This document shows positions 1 to 8,155 of a stretch of DNA of 64,000 bases, one piece after another. The notes under the pieces are model-generated. The model searched no databases. It was not told the DNA's origin and saw only the letters and a list, made by a program, of their open reading frames with translations. Source of the DNA: an archaeon (GTDB lineage: Archaea; Iainarchaeota; Iainarchaeia; Iainarchaeales; JAAZKV01); contig JBAZFU010000002.1 of assembly GCA_041653195.1 (NCBI GenBank), positions 23,639 to 87,638 of the forward strand. Direction: 5' to 3'. Position 1 is the stretch's first letter. Each line of letters opens with the position of its first letter. Made by a program: the position numbers and the translations under genes.

Positions 1-490
1 GCGCAGTAAACCAAAAATTACACCACAATTCCTGCGTGCCACAATTCCCACAACTCTGCGTAGGAATCGGATTTGCCGCAACATCACACGCACAAATATT
101 CGGATCAGAATTCAAACACGCTACATCTTTTTTTGTGCAAACAAAAACATGCCCCTCACCATCATCATCACAATACACCATTTTTTGACAACGCGTACTA
201 TATTGAGGCGTTCCAAAAGTAGGATTGGGATACCAAATACTGTTAACATATGCAGGCGCATGAAGCGAAATATAATCAGAAAAACCATTTACATTAACTG
301 CGCATTGACTTGAGTACTCAGCCAAACCAAAACTAGTGCAACTCAACCCCGTTCCACTCAAATTCCATCCGTTCGCCACGTAACCATCACTATTCCAAAC
401 CCACGTGCTTCCGGAAACGCGTCCGCAATCATAGGCGCTGACAAGCCCGAATAACAAAATCAAAAAAAACGCTAGAAAACCTTTTTTCAT
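1..490 (-). CDS. Secreted cysteine-rich protein, N-terminal part (gene runs off the window start)
   Basis: Absent from the ORF track because it has no in-window stop. My reverse-complement translation from the ATG at 490 is open to position 1: MKKGFLAFFLILLFGLVSAYDCGRVSGSTWVWNSDGYVANGWNLSGTGLSC...CGNCGTQELWCNFWFTA. It has a signal-peptide-like N-terminus followed by Cys/Trp/Asn-rich sequence. Confidence 0.5.
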   Translation of the reverse strand, partial: MKKGFLAFFLILLFGLVSAYDCGRVSGSTWVWNSDGYVANGWNLSGTGLSCTSFGLAEYSSQCAVNVNGFSDYISLHAPAYVNSIWYPNPTFGTPQYSTRCQKMVYCDDDGEGHVFVCTKKDVACLNSDPNICACDVAANPIPTQSCGNCGTQELWCNFWFTA

Positions 491-572
491 TTCGCAATAA
501 GTATAATTTAACTAGTATAAAATGTTTTGGTGAACACAAAAAAAACAAAAAATTTTTAGAAAAAATAAATTA

Positions 573-655
573 TGCGAAGCCTTTTTGCCAGCTTTTTTTA
601 AAAAGCTGTTTTTCGCCAATTTTTTCGCAAGACTTTTTTCGAAAAAAAGGCTTAG
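573..655 (-). repeat. Composite hairpin element copy E1, directly 3' of the 712..1179 gene
   Basis: The minus strand reads AAGCCTTTTTTTCGAAAAAAGTC-TTGCGAAAAAA-TTGGCGAAAAA-CAGCTTTTTAAAAAAAGCTG-GCAAAAAGGCTTCGCA. That is two T-run/A-run hairpins, each followed by a GCGAAAAA-like tail. The 20-mer tgcgaagcctttttgccagc (573-592) recurs exactly at 8083-8102. Confidence 0.6.
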
Positions 656-711
656 GCAAAGGAGGGAAGGGAACCAAAAAGTTTCCGCTTTCAACGTGTG
701 GGTTGGGAGAA

Positions 712-1179
712 TCAGAGTGTAAAAAACACTTTTTTTCCCGAGCGGATTCTTTTCAATTGCCCTTCTCTCGCAAGCTTATTGAGCCTCTGTGAGGCTGCAT
801 TAGTTCCTTTATATGCCAGGCGCGCCTGTACGTCCTGAGCCGTAACCGTTCCACTCTGCTGAATTAACTGCATAATGTGCTGGTCGGGCTCAGAAAGCAC
901 GGCTATCTCTAACTTTGTGTGGGAGCTAGGAGATTTTATAAGCGATTCCTGAATTTGTTCAAATTTTTTCTCTAGGCTTTTTAATACTCTGTTCGTCTCT
1001 TCCCTTTCCTTGATGAGCTTATATAGAAGAGCCGCCAGAAAAGAAGGATTTGATGATTCTTTCATGACTTCCTGAATATCCATGCTCAAATCGCTGAACT
1101 CCGGAGAAATACGCTTAACCGCGTTCAGGTCAGTTAACAGCTTATCAGCATCATACTCAAAACTGTCATGATTAACCAT
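712..1179 (-). CDS. Hypothetical protein with C-terminal winged-helix DNA-binding domain (MarR/TrmB-like)
   Basis: 155-aa ORF. The C-terminus IMQLIQQSGTVTAQDVQARLAYKGTNAASQRLNKLAREGQLKRIRSGKKVFFTL has a typical helix-turn-helix plus wing pattern. A TATA-like box lies ~26 nt upstream of the ATG. Confidence 0.6.
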   Translation of the reverse strand: MVNHDSFEYDADKLLTDLNAVKRISPEFSDLSMDIQEVMKESSNPSFLAALLYKLIKEREETNRVLKSLEKKFEQIQESLIKSPSSHTKLEIAVLSEPDQHIMQLIQQSGTVTAQDVQARLAYKGTNAASQRLNKLAREGQLKRIRSGKKVFFTL

Positions 1180-1184
1180 ATGCT

Positions 1185-1203
1185 ATCATGATAGTGTCAT
1201 GAT
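1185..1203. promoter_or_regulatory. Inverted repeat ATCATGA-n5-TCATGAT between TATA box and start codon of the wHTH gene (candidate operator)
   Basis: atcatga (1185-1191) and tcatgat (1197-1203) are perfect inverted repeats. The word tgtcatgat also occurs at 1165-1173 inside the first codons. The TATA-like tttatata at 1205-1212 reads TATATAAA on the minus strand. Confidence 0.4.
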
Positions 1204-1321
1204 GTTTATATACTTTTCGTTTTTAGAAAAACAAAACCACCTTTACTCCGAGAATTTGCTTTCTTAACAAAAAACAGGAAAAGAAGGGCGAAAAAGCCCC
1301 CTTTTCATTCAACTAAAATAC

Positions 1322-1684
1322 TCACTTTTTTATTTTTATTTCAATAGCGGAAACCTTTAACGGCCTGCCGTCCATGGTTTGAACTTCCTCAGTTGAAATT
1401 GCTATTGAAGCCAATTTCGAACCTTCAACCGATCTGTTCCTAACTATTTCAGCAACATCAACAGCCGTTGAGATTGCTCTTCCTCTCGCTTTTATTGTCA
1501 CTTCTTTCGCGCCAGCATTGAACTGGGTTACTACTGCGAGAACATAAGCCATTGTTCCTTTCTTTCCAACGAAAACCATGTTATCGGATGCAGACCTTTC
1601 AGGCCTTTCAACCACTTCTGGTTCGTCCATTTCCTGCGGCTCTTTTGATGCCTTTGATGCTTTTGTTTCTTTTTTTGTTGCCAT
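1322..1684 (-). CDS. albA: DNA/RNA-binding protein Alba with Lys/Glu-rich N-terminal extension
   Basis: The core [53 protein letters not shown]...[11 protein letters not shown] matches the Alba/Sac10b fold pattern. I prefer the internal ATG at 1684 ([11 protein letters not shown]...) because GGAGGA lies ~8 nt upstream. The track ORF extends to 1795. Confidence 0.85.
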   Translation of the reverse strand: MATKKETKASKASKEPQEMDEPEVVERPERSASDNMVFVGKKGTMAYVLAVVTQFNAGAKEVTIKARGRAISTAVDVAEIVRNRSVEGSKLASIAISTEEVQTMDGRPLKVSAIEIKIKK

Positions 1685-1881
1685 AATTGAATCCTCCGTG
1701 AAGTTATCGCATATCAAAAAATCTGTTGAACAACTGCTGCTAAAAAATCCTTTTAAATGGATTGTTCTGCTTCGGCGAAAAAACAATTTTTTCACAATAA
1801 CAAAAGCTTTCCGGAAGAAAGCGGAGCAATTGTTTTTAACCTATTTTATCAACAATTAAATTAACCTGGTGAAATATTAAC

Positions 1882-2646
1882 ATGGAAACAAAAATAAATT
1901 TCAAAAACTCGAACGGGTTAAGGCTTTCCGGAATATTGTCGGTTCCAAAAGCAAAAAACCCGCCGATTGTTATTCTGTGCCACGGGCTTAGTGCCACAAA
2001 AGACAGCAGAAAAAATCTTGCACTACAAAAAATACTTGAAAGAAACTATATCGCATCTTTTCGTTTCGATTTTTTCGGACACGGCGAAAGCGAAGGAAAC
2101 TTTTCAGAAATCACTGTAAGCGAAGCGGTTGATGATACGCTTAACGCAATTAAATTCGTTAAAACAAAAGGATTCAAAAAAATCGGTTTATGCGGAACGA
2201 GCTTCGGCGGGATAACCACTCTGATGGCGGCTTCAAAAATAAAAAACTTGTTCGCATTAGTTGCGATTTCACCCGTATCAGACTGGCAAGAAAAGGAACA
2301 ATCAAAGCGTACGCCGAGAGGTTTGAAGGAATGGCAGCAAAAAGGATTTATCAATTACAGAAAATGGTCCGGAGAAGACGCTCAATTAAATTACTCGTTA
2401 TACGAAGATTCAAAAAAACACCTTGTGTATGATGTTGCAAAAAAAATTAAGACTCCTACATTAATCATTCACGGCACACAAGACGAAAAAGTTCCAATAG
2501 AGCAAAGCAGAAAAACCGCAAAACTTATTCCTGATTGCGAGCTTAAAGAAATTTCTGGCGGAGACCACGAGTTTTCTAACAAAAATGATTTCAACGAAGT
2601 GATTCGCTTAGCTTCCGATTTTCTAATTCAAAAAGCGCGTAATTAA
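1882..2646 (+). CDS. Alpha/beta-fold hydrolase (dienelactone hydrolase / S9 peptidase-like)
   Basis: Oxyanion-region HG motif ILCHGLSATKDS, nucleophile elbow GTSFGG (GxSxG), and later HGTQDEKVP and GGDHEF (acid and His of the triad). Confidence 0.8.
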   Translation: METKINFKNSNGLRLSGILSVPKAKNPPIVILCHGLSATKDSRKNLALQKILERNYIASFRFDFFGHGESEGNFSEITVSEAVDDTLNAIKFVKTKGFKKIGLCGTSFGGITTLMAASKIKNLFALVAISPVSDWQEKEQSKRTPRGLKEWQQKGFINYRKWSGEDAQLNYSLYEDSKKHLVYDVAKKIKTPTLIIHGTQDEKVPIEQSRKTAKLIPDCELKEISGGDHEFSNKNDFNEVIRLASDFLIQKARN

Positions 2647-2727
2647 TTTTCGCCACCAAGCAAAAGCCAAAGCTTTTGCGGAATGTGATGCCCTGCAGGG
2701 CACCACAGCCTTTTTCGAAAAAGGCTG
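2647..2727 (-). repeat. Composite three-hairpin element copy A, 3' of the 2789..3637 gene in its sense orientation
   Basis: ttttcgcc (2647-2654); hairpin GCAAAAGC-caaa-GCTTTTGC (2660-2679); 14-nt palindrome TGCCCTGCAGGGCA (2689-2702); 22-nt perfect palindrome CAGCCTTTTTCGAAAAAGGCTG (2706-2727). It is collinear with 9023..9112. Confidence 0.75.
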
Positions 2728-2788
2728 AAATAGAAAATCTGAGGAAGAAAATTTCTTCCCCAAAAAAGAGTTATTGTCGCACCTAATT

Positions 2789-3637
2789 CTACTTCAAGTA
2801 TTCAAGAGTATTCCTGAACACACCTGGTGAGAGACCAGGGTCGTAGTTAAAGTAAACAACTTTTCCTGTCGGGAAGCTTTTCTTCTCGATTATTGCAGGG
2901 TAAGCTTTTGGAGTCATTTCGCTCTTTATAAAAGCGATTGTTTTTGCTCCTTCAGCAGCCTGAACAGGATAAACAACTAACGAATATGGCGGCTTATCGC
3001 CGGGAGGACTCATTGGTATTCCCATCATTATAGGGTGGTCAATGTCCTGTCTCCAAATTCTTCCAACAACAGTTTCTCCTTTTCCTTCGGAGCAAGTAGG
3101 AATGCTGTCCTGGTCAAGCGGACAATCAGCAGGAATTATATCCCCGAAAGTCGCTTTCCAACCAACAACATCAACTGCGGTTAATCCCATTAAACCAACA
3201 TCCTGGTAAATTCCGGAGTTTTGAACAACAATAAGTTTTCCGCCTTTCTTAACATAAGTTTCAACCGCTTTTCCAAGCGCAGTAGTAACGCTTTTGCTCG
3301 GAGAAGTTGACTGGTCAAGTATTACTATATCATACTGAGAAAGCTCTTCTTCGGCACCAAAGTAAAAAGTACTCGGGTCTCTTGTAACGTAAGTCAAAAG
3401 GTCGCCGCTGTTATCAAGAGTAACTTTTTCTCCAGCAGAAGGGTTTCCTATAACTAAAACTTGAATGTGCCCTTCGTTCTGAGGCAAGTAAGGCAGTGTA
3501 ACCACCCCAAAATAGTTCAAAGAAAGAATACCTATTACAACTAGAATAATTAACGGAATCAAACCTTCTAAATTGAAATTCATGCCTCTTCTACCTCCAC
3601 CAGCAGGAGCAACATCAGCGCCTTCATCAGGATACAT
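2789..3637 (-). CDS. Membrane-anchored hypothetical protein (single N-terminal TM, extracellular globular domain)
   Basis: 282-aa ORF with TM segment LIPLIILVVIGILSLNYFGVV. It shares its layout with the next gene (YDIVILDQS...KKGGKLIVV versus YKLVIVENA...QNGGRLVWI, and a C-terminal V.Y..Y.P motif). Confidence 0.6.
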   Translation of the reverse strand: MYPDEGADVAPAGGGRRGMNFNLEGLIPLIILVVIGILSLNYFGVVTLPYLPQNEGHIQVLVIGNPSAGEKVTLDNSGDLLTYVTRDPSTFYFGAEEELSQYDIVILDQSTSPSKSVTTALGKAVETYVKKGGKLIVVQNSGIYQDVGLMGLTAVDVVGWKATFGDIIPADCPLDQDSIPTCSEGKGETVVGRIWRQDIDHPIMMGIPMSPPGDKPPYSLVVYPVQAAEGAKTIAFIKSEMTPKAYPAIIEKKSFPTGKVVYFNYDPGLSPGVFRNTLEYLK

Positions 3638-3807
3638 TTTCTATTCACCCATCCCAGTAAATCTGTTAAATACTATTTTGCTTCTGCTCTTTTTAACCCT
3701 TTCGCTAAGAGCGAAACAACCAATAAATCTAATATTCGCCGTTATTAATAAACTTAACTCTTTGCAAAAAATTCGAACACCTAAACACGCGCGCACAAAA
3801 AAATTTT

Positions 3808-4806
3808 TTACTCGCCGAGCATTCCACGAACCATTTGCTTCATTATTAAGTAAGCGTTATTATCTTCAACCAAGTACTCTGGAGGATAAGCATAGTATGC
3901 TACGCGCTCGCCAAAACCAGAAGTAACAATAAAAGGAACATTTTTCCCAACATCAACTTTATCGCCTGTCAAAAGATTTGTCGGAAAATTAAGGCTAGCC
4001 ACTATTCCAGTATTTGAATTCGGAATAATTCTCACAACAGAAAAATCCCTTCCTTCCTTAACCCGCAAAGTTACGCTCGGAGACATCCCGTAAATCAACG
4101 GGTTATTCCCAGTTTTTTCCGGCTGAATAGAACCAACCGTTTTCAAATTTCCCGAACACTTTCCGGCACCCAAAAGACTGCAATAATTCCCAATATACTC
4201 GACGCCCAAAAACTGTCCAAAATCAGTTATATCATAACTATTATCTTTTTCAAGTACCCTTGACCAAGGATCTTTCAGCGCATCCAAAAGCTCTGATTTT
4301 GTTTTTGCAGGAAGATTCATATCTTCGGGATCCGAATCAATTATTCCCTTCAAATCATTATACACTTCTTTTTCCTCGTCAATAGGCTCTGTTCCCGCAT
4401 CACCTATCCAAACCAAACGACCGCCGTTTTGATTCGTGTATTGCATAAACATTTCAAGCTGCTCACGCGACATTTTTTTCGCATTCTCAACAATCACAAG
4501 CTTATAATTTTTCAAATTGGCCAACGCGACCTGATCAATTTGGTAAGTCGCAACATTTTCCACACCCACGATTTCAGGATTCAAAAGCATCATCTGAAGT
4601 TTCATCGGGTCACCGAGTCCTTCGCCACCGTAAATTATTGCAACACGCGGAGAACCCACAACAGTATAATAAAAATCACAAAGATAAGGAAAAGAACCGC
4701 AGCGAACAACACCCGTCCACATAAGCACTAAAAGAAGAATCGCGACAAGGAGAATTACTCCCACCAGCTTCGGAATCAAATCATACAAATCAACATCTTT
4801 AACCAT
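3808..4806 (-). CDS. Membrane-anchored hypothetical protein, paralogue of 2789..3637
   Basis: 332-aa ORF with N-terminal TM LVGVILLVAILLLVLMWTGVV and the same domain order as its neighbour. Confidence 0.6.
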   Translation of the reverse strand: MVKDVDLYDLIPKLVGVILLVAILLLVLMWTGVVRCGSFPYLCDFYYTVVGSPRVAIIYGGEGLGDPMKLQMMLLNPEIVGVENVATYQIDQVALANLKNYKLVIVENAKKMSREQLEMFMQYTNQNGGRLVWIGDAGTEPIDEEKEVYNDLKGIIDSDPEDMNLPAKTKSELLDALKDPWSRVLEKDNSYDITDFGQFLGVEYIGNYCSLLGAGKCSGNLKTVGSIQPEKTGNNPLIYGMSPSVTLRVKEGRDFSVVRIIPNSNTGIVASLNFPTNLLTGDKVDVGKNVPFIVTSGFGERVAYYAYPPEYLVEDNNAYLIMKQMVRGMLGE

Positions 4807-4953
4807 TCAAACCAAATCCCATAGAAAAACGCCGCGAATCCAAAAAGGAACGGCAGCGCATCACTACCTTTTTAAAAACTCCCTTTTACAAAATCCAATT
4901 AATACAAGATATATAATCTTCAGCTATATTTAATATTAGCGTTTTCAAATGAA

Positions 4954-5136
4954 ATGATTTTTATGGTAAAATTCACAAAATCAAGGGCATCCACTCCGGG
5001 ACCGAGTTCCGCAATAGGAATCACAAGGTTTTTTGACGCGGATACCAAGGGCCCAAAACTGAGCCCCTACTTCGTTGTCGGAGCAACATTTGTTCTGATA
5101 ATCGCAATAGTTATTTTGAAATTGTTCACCAGATAA
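4954..5136 (+). CDS. secG: Preprotein translocase subunit Sec61-beta (archaeal SecG)
   Basis: 60 aa. SSAIGITRFFDADTKGPKLSPYFVVGATFVLIIAIVILKLF matches the archaeal Sec61-beta signature (GL.R(Y/F)f....g.k.sP, then a C-terminal TM). AT-rich TATA-like sequence lies ~25-30 nt upstream. Confidence 0.75.
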   Translation: MIFMVKFTKSRASTPGPSSAIGITRFFDADTKGPKLSPYFVVGATFVLIIAIVILKLFTR

Positions 5137-5177
5137 AACGCTTGAGAAAAGAACCGAACAGCCAATAAAAAACAAGC

Positions 5178-8045
5178 TTATTTTTTTAACTGGAACCAGA
5201 ATTCTTTCTCAACAAGTTTTTGAAGCGGCTTTCCAGAAACAGAAATTATTTTCGTTGAAGTTTTTGACTCAATCTGCGCCCCGTATTTTTCCAAAAACTT
5301 TTTATCGCCGCACTCAATCTCAAGCGAAACTTTTTGCCCCGGTTTAAGACCTTCTTTTTTTCTCGCATCCTGAACCTGACGCAATAACTCGCTCAATTCC
5401 CAATTCTCTTTCAAAACGGGAGACGCCTCGATTTTCAAATAAATTTTCCCGCCGCTGAAATCCTTAGAAGCGAACCCCGCACCCGGATTTTTTCCGACAA
5501 AAGCTTCCTCAACATTGCACATTTTCGCAAGAGTTTCAAGAAGCGAAGAAATTTTTTGATCAGAATCCACAACAACTTTTTCCAACTGCCACCTGAGCCT
5601 CAACTTATTTTCCGTGCGGAGGGAAAGAACTGCTTGAGCCGCATTCTGAACCAACTCAAACTCTTTTTCAAGGTTCTCATTCCTCAAACCCGAAACTTTT
5701 TCAAAATCGGAAAGATGAATGCTTTTCTTGCCGCCGAACTCGCGCCAATAATATTCGGAAGCGTGCGGAGCAATAGGCGCAAACAATTTCAACAAAACTT
5801 TCACAATAATGGAAACGGTTTCCTCAACCCGCATCTGCGTTTTAGTACCGATTCTGTTCCTTATTAGCTTCAAATAGGTTCGCGAAAATTCCAAATCAAC
5901 AAATTCCTCAATCGCGGAACCGGCCTTGTAAAACTCGTAGCAATTGTAAGCGCTCAAAACTTTTTCCGAAAGAGCCTCGAGCCTGCTCAATATCCATTTA
6001 TCTTCGGGCAGCAAACTTTTTGCAGACGCTTTTGAAAAACTTTTTTCCGAATCAATTTCAAGATACATTTTCGCATAATTCAGCGAATTTGTAAGCGTGT
6101 TGAAAAAATTTCCAACATCGGCGATTGCTTTCCCGTCAAAATTAAAATCTGTTCCGCGGCTCTGCGAAAGCAAATAATAGCGCAAAAAATCCCTGTTGTA
6201 TTTCTGAATCATTTCCGCAGGAGTAATAATGTTACCTTTGCTCTTCGACATTTTTTGATGCCCCAAATCGCGCACCATTCCGTGAACGGAAACCGCTTTG
6301 TAAGGAAGTTTCCCGAAAGAAATTGTTGAAAGAATGCTTTGGGAATTCCACCATCCGCGCACCTGCTCCGTCATCTCGATATTCAAATCAGCGGGCCAAA
6401 ATTCGTCGAAAAGTTTTTTGTTCTGAGGAAATCCTAAATTCGCCCAACTGCTAACCCCCGAGTCAAACCAAACATCTAGAACGGCTTTCACCCTGCTCAT
6501 TTCACCGCCGCATTTTTTGCATTTTAATTTTACAGCATCAATGTAAGGTCTGTGCAACTCGACATCTTTTTTCAAACCAGCTTCTTTTTTCAGTTCGGCA
6601 ATCGAACCGATTACTTTTCTTTCGCCGCAATCACAAACCCAAATAGGCAAAGGAGTTCCCCAGTAACGCTCGCGCGAAACCGGCCAATCATTAATATTCT
6701 CGAGCCAGTTCTTCATTCTGTCATTCATCCATTCCGGAACCCAATTTACTTTCGAATTATCACGGAGCATCTGTTCCCTTATTTTTGTTACGCGTAAAAA
6801 CCATTGCGGAGTAGAAATCATTAACAGCGGGGAGTCGCAGCGCCAACACAAAGGATAATCATGCGAGTAAGAATGTTTGTAAGGAATAAGCCCGCGCGCT
6901 TCGAGTTCTGAAATTATTTGAGGATTAGCGTCGCGCGCCTGCATCCCAACATACTTCTCAACCTCAGGAGCAAAAGTCCCGTCAATATTAACAGGGCTCA
7001 ACGCCGGAAGGCCGGCTTTTGTTCCCGCATCGTAATCTTCTTTTCCGTGACCAGGCGCAGTATGCACGAGCCCCGAACCCTCATCAAGGTTCACATAACG
7101 GTCGCTCAAAATTACGCGCCACGCCTTCTCTTTTAATTTCGCATCTTTCAAAACGTTCGGATAAAGCGGCAAATATTTTTTTCCATCCAATTCTTTTCCC
7201 TTAACGACTTTTTCAATAGTGTAACCGACTTCAAAATCATTCATCAATTCTTCAACTTTTTCTTTCGCCATTATCCAGGTTTCGCCGTTGCTCATTTTCA
7301 CATAAGCATATTCGTAAGCAGGGTGAACCATCACGCCGGTGTTAGCTGGAAGCGTCCATGGAGTGGTTGTCCACACTAACAAATAAATGTTCGGCTCGCC
7401 AACGAGTTTCAATTTTACAAAAATCGCGGTGTCGCTAAGTTTTTCATAAATTATTTCGTTGAAAGCTACCGCAGTGGCGCAGTGCGGACAAACATGCACA
7501 GGATATTTCCCCAAATAAAGCAAGTCCTGCTCATCGGCTTTTTTGAAAGTGTGCCAAATCGCTTCAATGTATTCATTTGTAAGAGTAAGGTAAGGATCGT
7601 CGTAGGGCATCCAGTCTCCGAGATTCTGAAACTCTTCACCCATGGTTCCGACAAACTCGGTTGCAAAAGATTTACATTCCTCAACAAAATTTTCTATCCC
7701 GAAAGCCTCAATATCTTTTTTCGTTTTGAAACCGAGTTTTTTCTCAACTTTGTTTTCAATCGGCAAACCGTGCGTATCAAAGCCTGGCCTGTCAAAAATT
7801 TTTTTTCCCTGCATTCTTTGCGAACGAATTGCACAGTCCTTCATTATTTTGTTGAGCGCGGTGCCCATGTGAATATGCCCGGTCGCGTAAGGCGGACCGT
7901 CCATAAAATAAAAAGTTTTTTTGCCCTTCAACTGCTTCGCTCGAACTTTTTTTATCACGCCTTCCTTCTTCCAATAAGCACGAACATTTTCCTCTTCAAC
8001 CAAATTATAGGGCTTAACAGTTCCAACCATTTTTGAATCACACAA
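5178..8045 (-). CDS. ileS: Isoleucyl-tRNA synthetase
   Basis: 955 aa. Class I HIGH-type motif PPYATGHIHMGTALNKIMKD, KMSKS motif (HQKMSKSKGN), editing-domain TTTPWTLPAN and WPVSRERYWGTPLPIW, all typical of IleRS. Confidence 0.9.
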   Translation of the reverse strand: MCDSKMVGTVKPYNLVEEENVRAYWKKEGVIKKVRAKQLKGKKTFYFMDGPPYATGHIHMGTALNKIMKDCAIRSQRMQGKKIFDRPGFDTHGLPIENKVEKKLGFKTKKDIEAFGIENFVEECKSFATEFVGTMGEEFQNLGDWMPYDDPYLTLTNEYIEAIWHTFKKADEQDLLYLGKYPVHVCPHCATAVAFNEIIYEKLSDTAIFVKLKLVGEPNIYLLVWTTTPWTLPANTGVMVHPAYEYAYVKMSNGETWIMAKEKVEELMNDFEVGYTIEKVVKGKELDGKKYLPLYPNVLKDAKLKEKAWRVILSDRYVNLDEGSGLVHTAPGHGKEDYDAGTKAGLPALSPVNIDGTFAPEVEKYVGMQARDANPQIISELEARGLIPYKHSYSHDYPLCWRCDSPLLMISTPQWFLRVTKIREQMLRDNSKVNWVPEWMNDRMKNWLENINDWPVSRERYWGTPLPIWVCDCGERKVIGSIAELKKEAGLKKDVELHRPYIDAVKLKCKKCGGEMSRVKAVLDVWFDSGVSSWANLGFPQNKKLFDEFWPADLNIEMTEQVRGWWNSQSILSTISFGKLPYKAVSVHGMVRDLGHQKMSKSKGNIITPAEMIQKYNRDFLRYYLLSQSRGTDFNFDGKAIADVGNFFNTLTNSLNYAKMYLEIDSEKSFSKASAKSLLPEDKWILSRLEALSEKVLSAYNCYEFYKAGSAIEEFVDLEFSRTYLKLIRNRIGTKTQMRVEETVSIIVKVLLKLFAPIAPHASEYYWREFGGKKSIHLSDFEKVSGLRNENLEKEFELVQNAAQAVLSLRTENKLRLRWQLEKVVVDSDQKISSLLETLAKMCNVEEAFVGKNPGAGFASKDFSGGKIYLKIEASPVLKENWELSELLRQVQDARKKEGLKPGQKVSLEIECGDKKFLEKYGAQIESKTSTKIISVSGKPLQKLVEKEFWFQLKK

Positions 8046-8082
8046 ATAATTTATTTAACAAAATTTTTTCCGTAACATTTTT

Positions 8083-8155
8083 TGCGAAGCCTTTTTGCCA
8101 GCCTTTTTATTAAAAAACCAACTCGTTTTTCGCCGGCCTTTTATAAAAAGGCCGA
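8083..8155 (-). repeat. Composite hairpin element copy T1, abutting the 3' end of tRNA-Ile(UAU)
   Basis: The minus strand directly after the tRNA discriminator reads TCGGCCTTTTTATAAAAGGCCG-GCGAAAAAC...AAAAAGGCTG-GCAAAAAGGCTTCGCA. The hairpin is at 8134-8154. The 20-mer 8083-8102 is identical to 573-592. Confidence 0.7.

Noticed and set aside
1181-1210. C/D-box sRNA candidates (UGAUGA/CUGA-like words here and in the tRNA leaders at 8230-8300 and 63670-63745)
   Set aside because: I found only isolated CTGA and TGATG words, with no properly spaced C/D plus C'/D' boxes and no terminal stem.
7482-8036. 184-aa plus-strand ORF (and several 60-100-aa ORFs) inside the ileS region
   Set aside because: It is fully antisense to a gene with unmistakable IleRS motifs. 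The translation is Phe/Arg/Asn/Lys-rich low-complexity sequence typical of antisense frames in AT-rich DNA.
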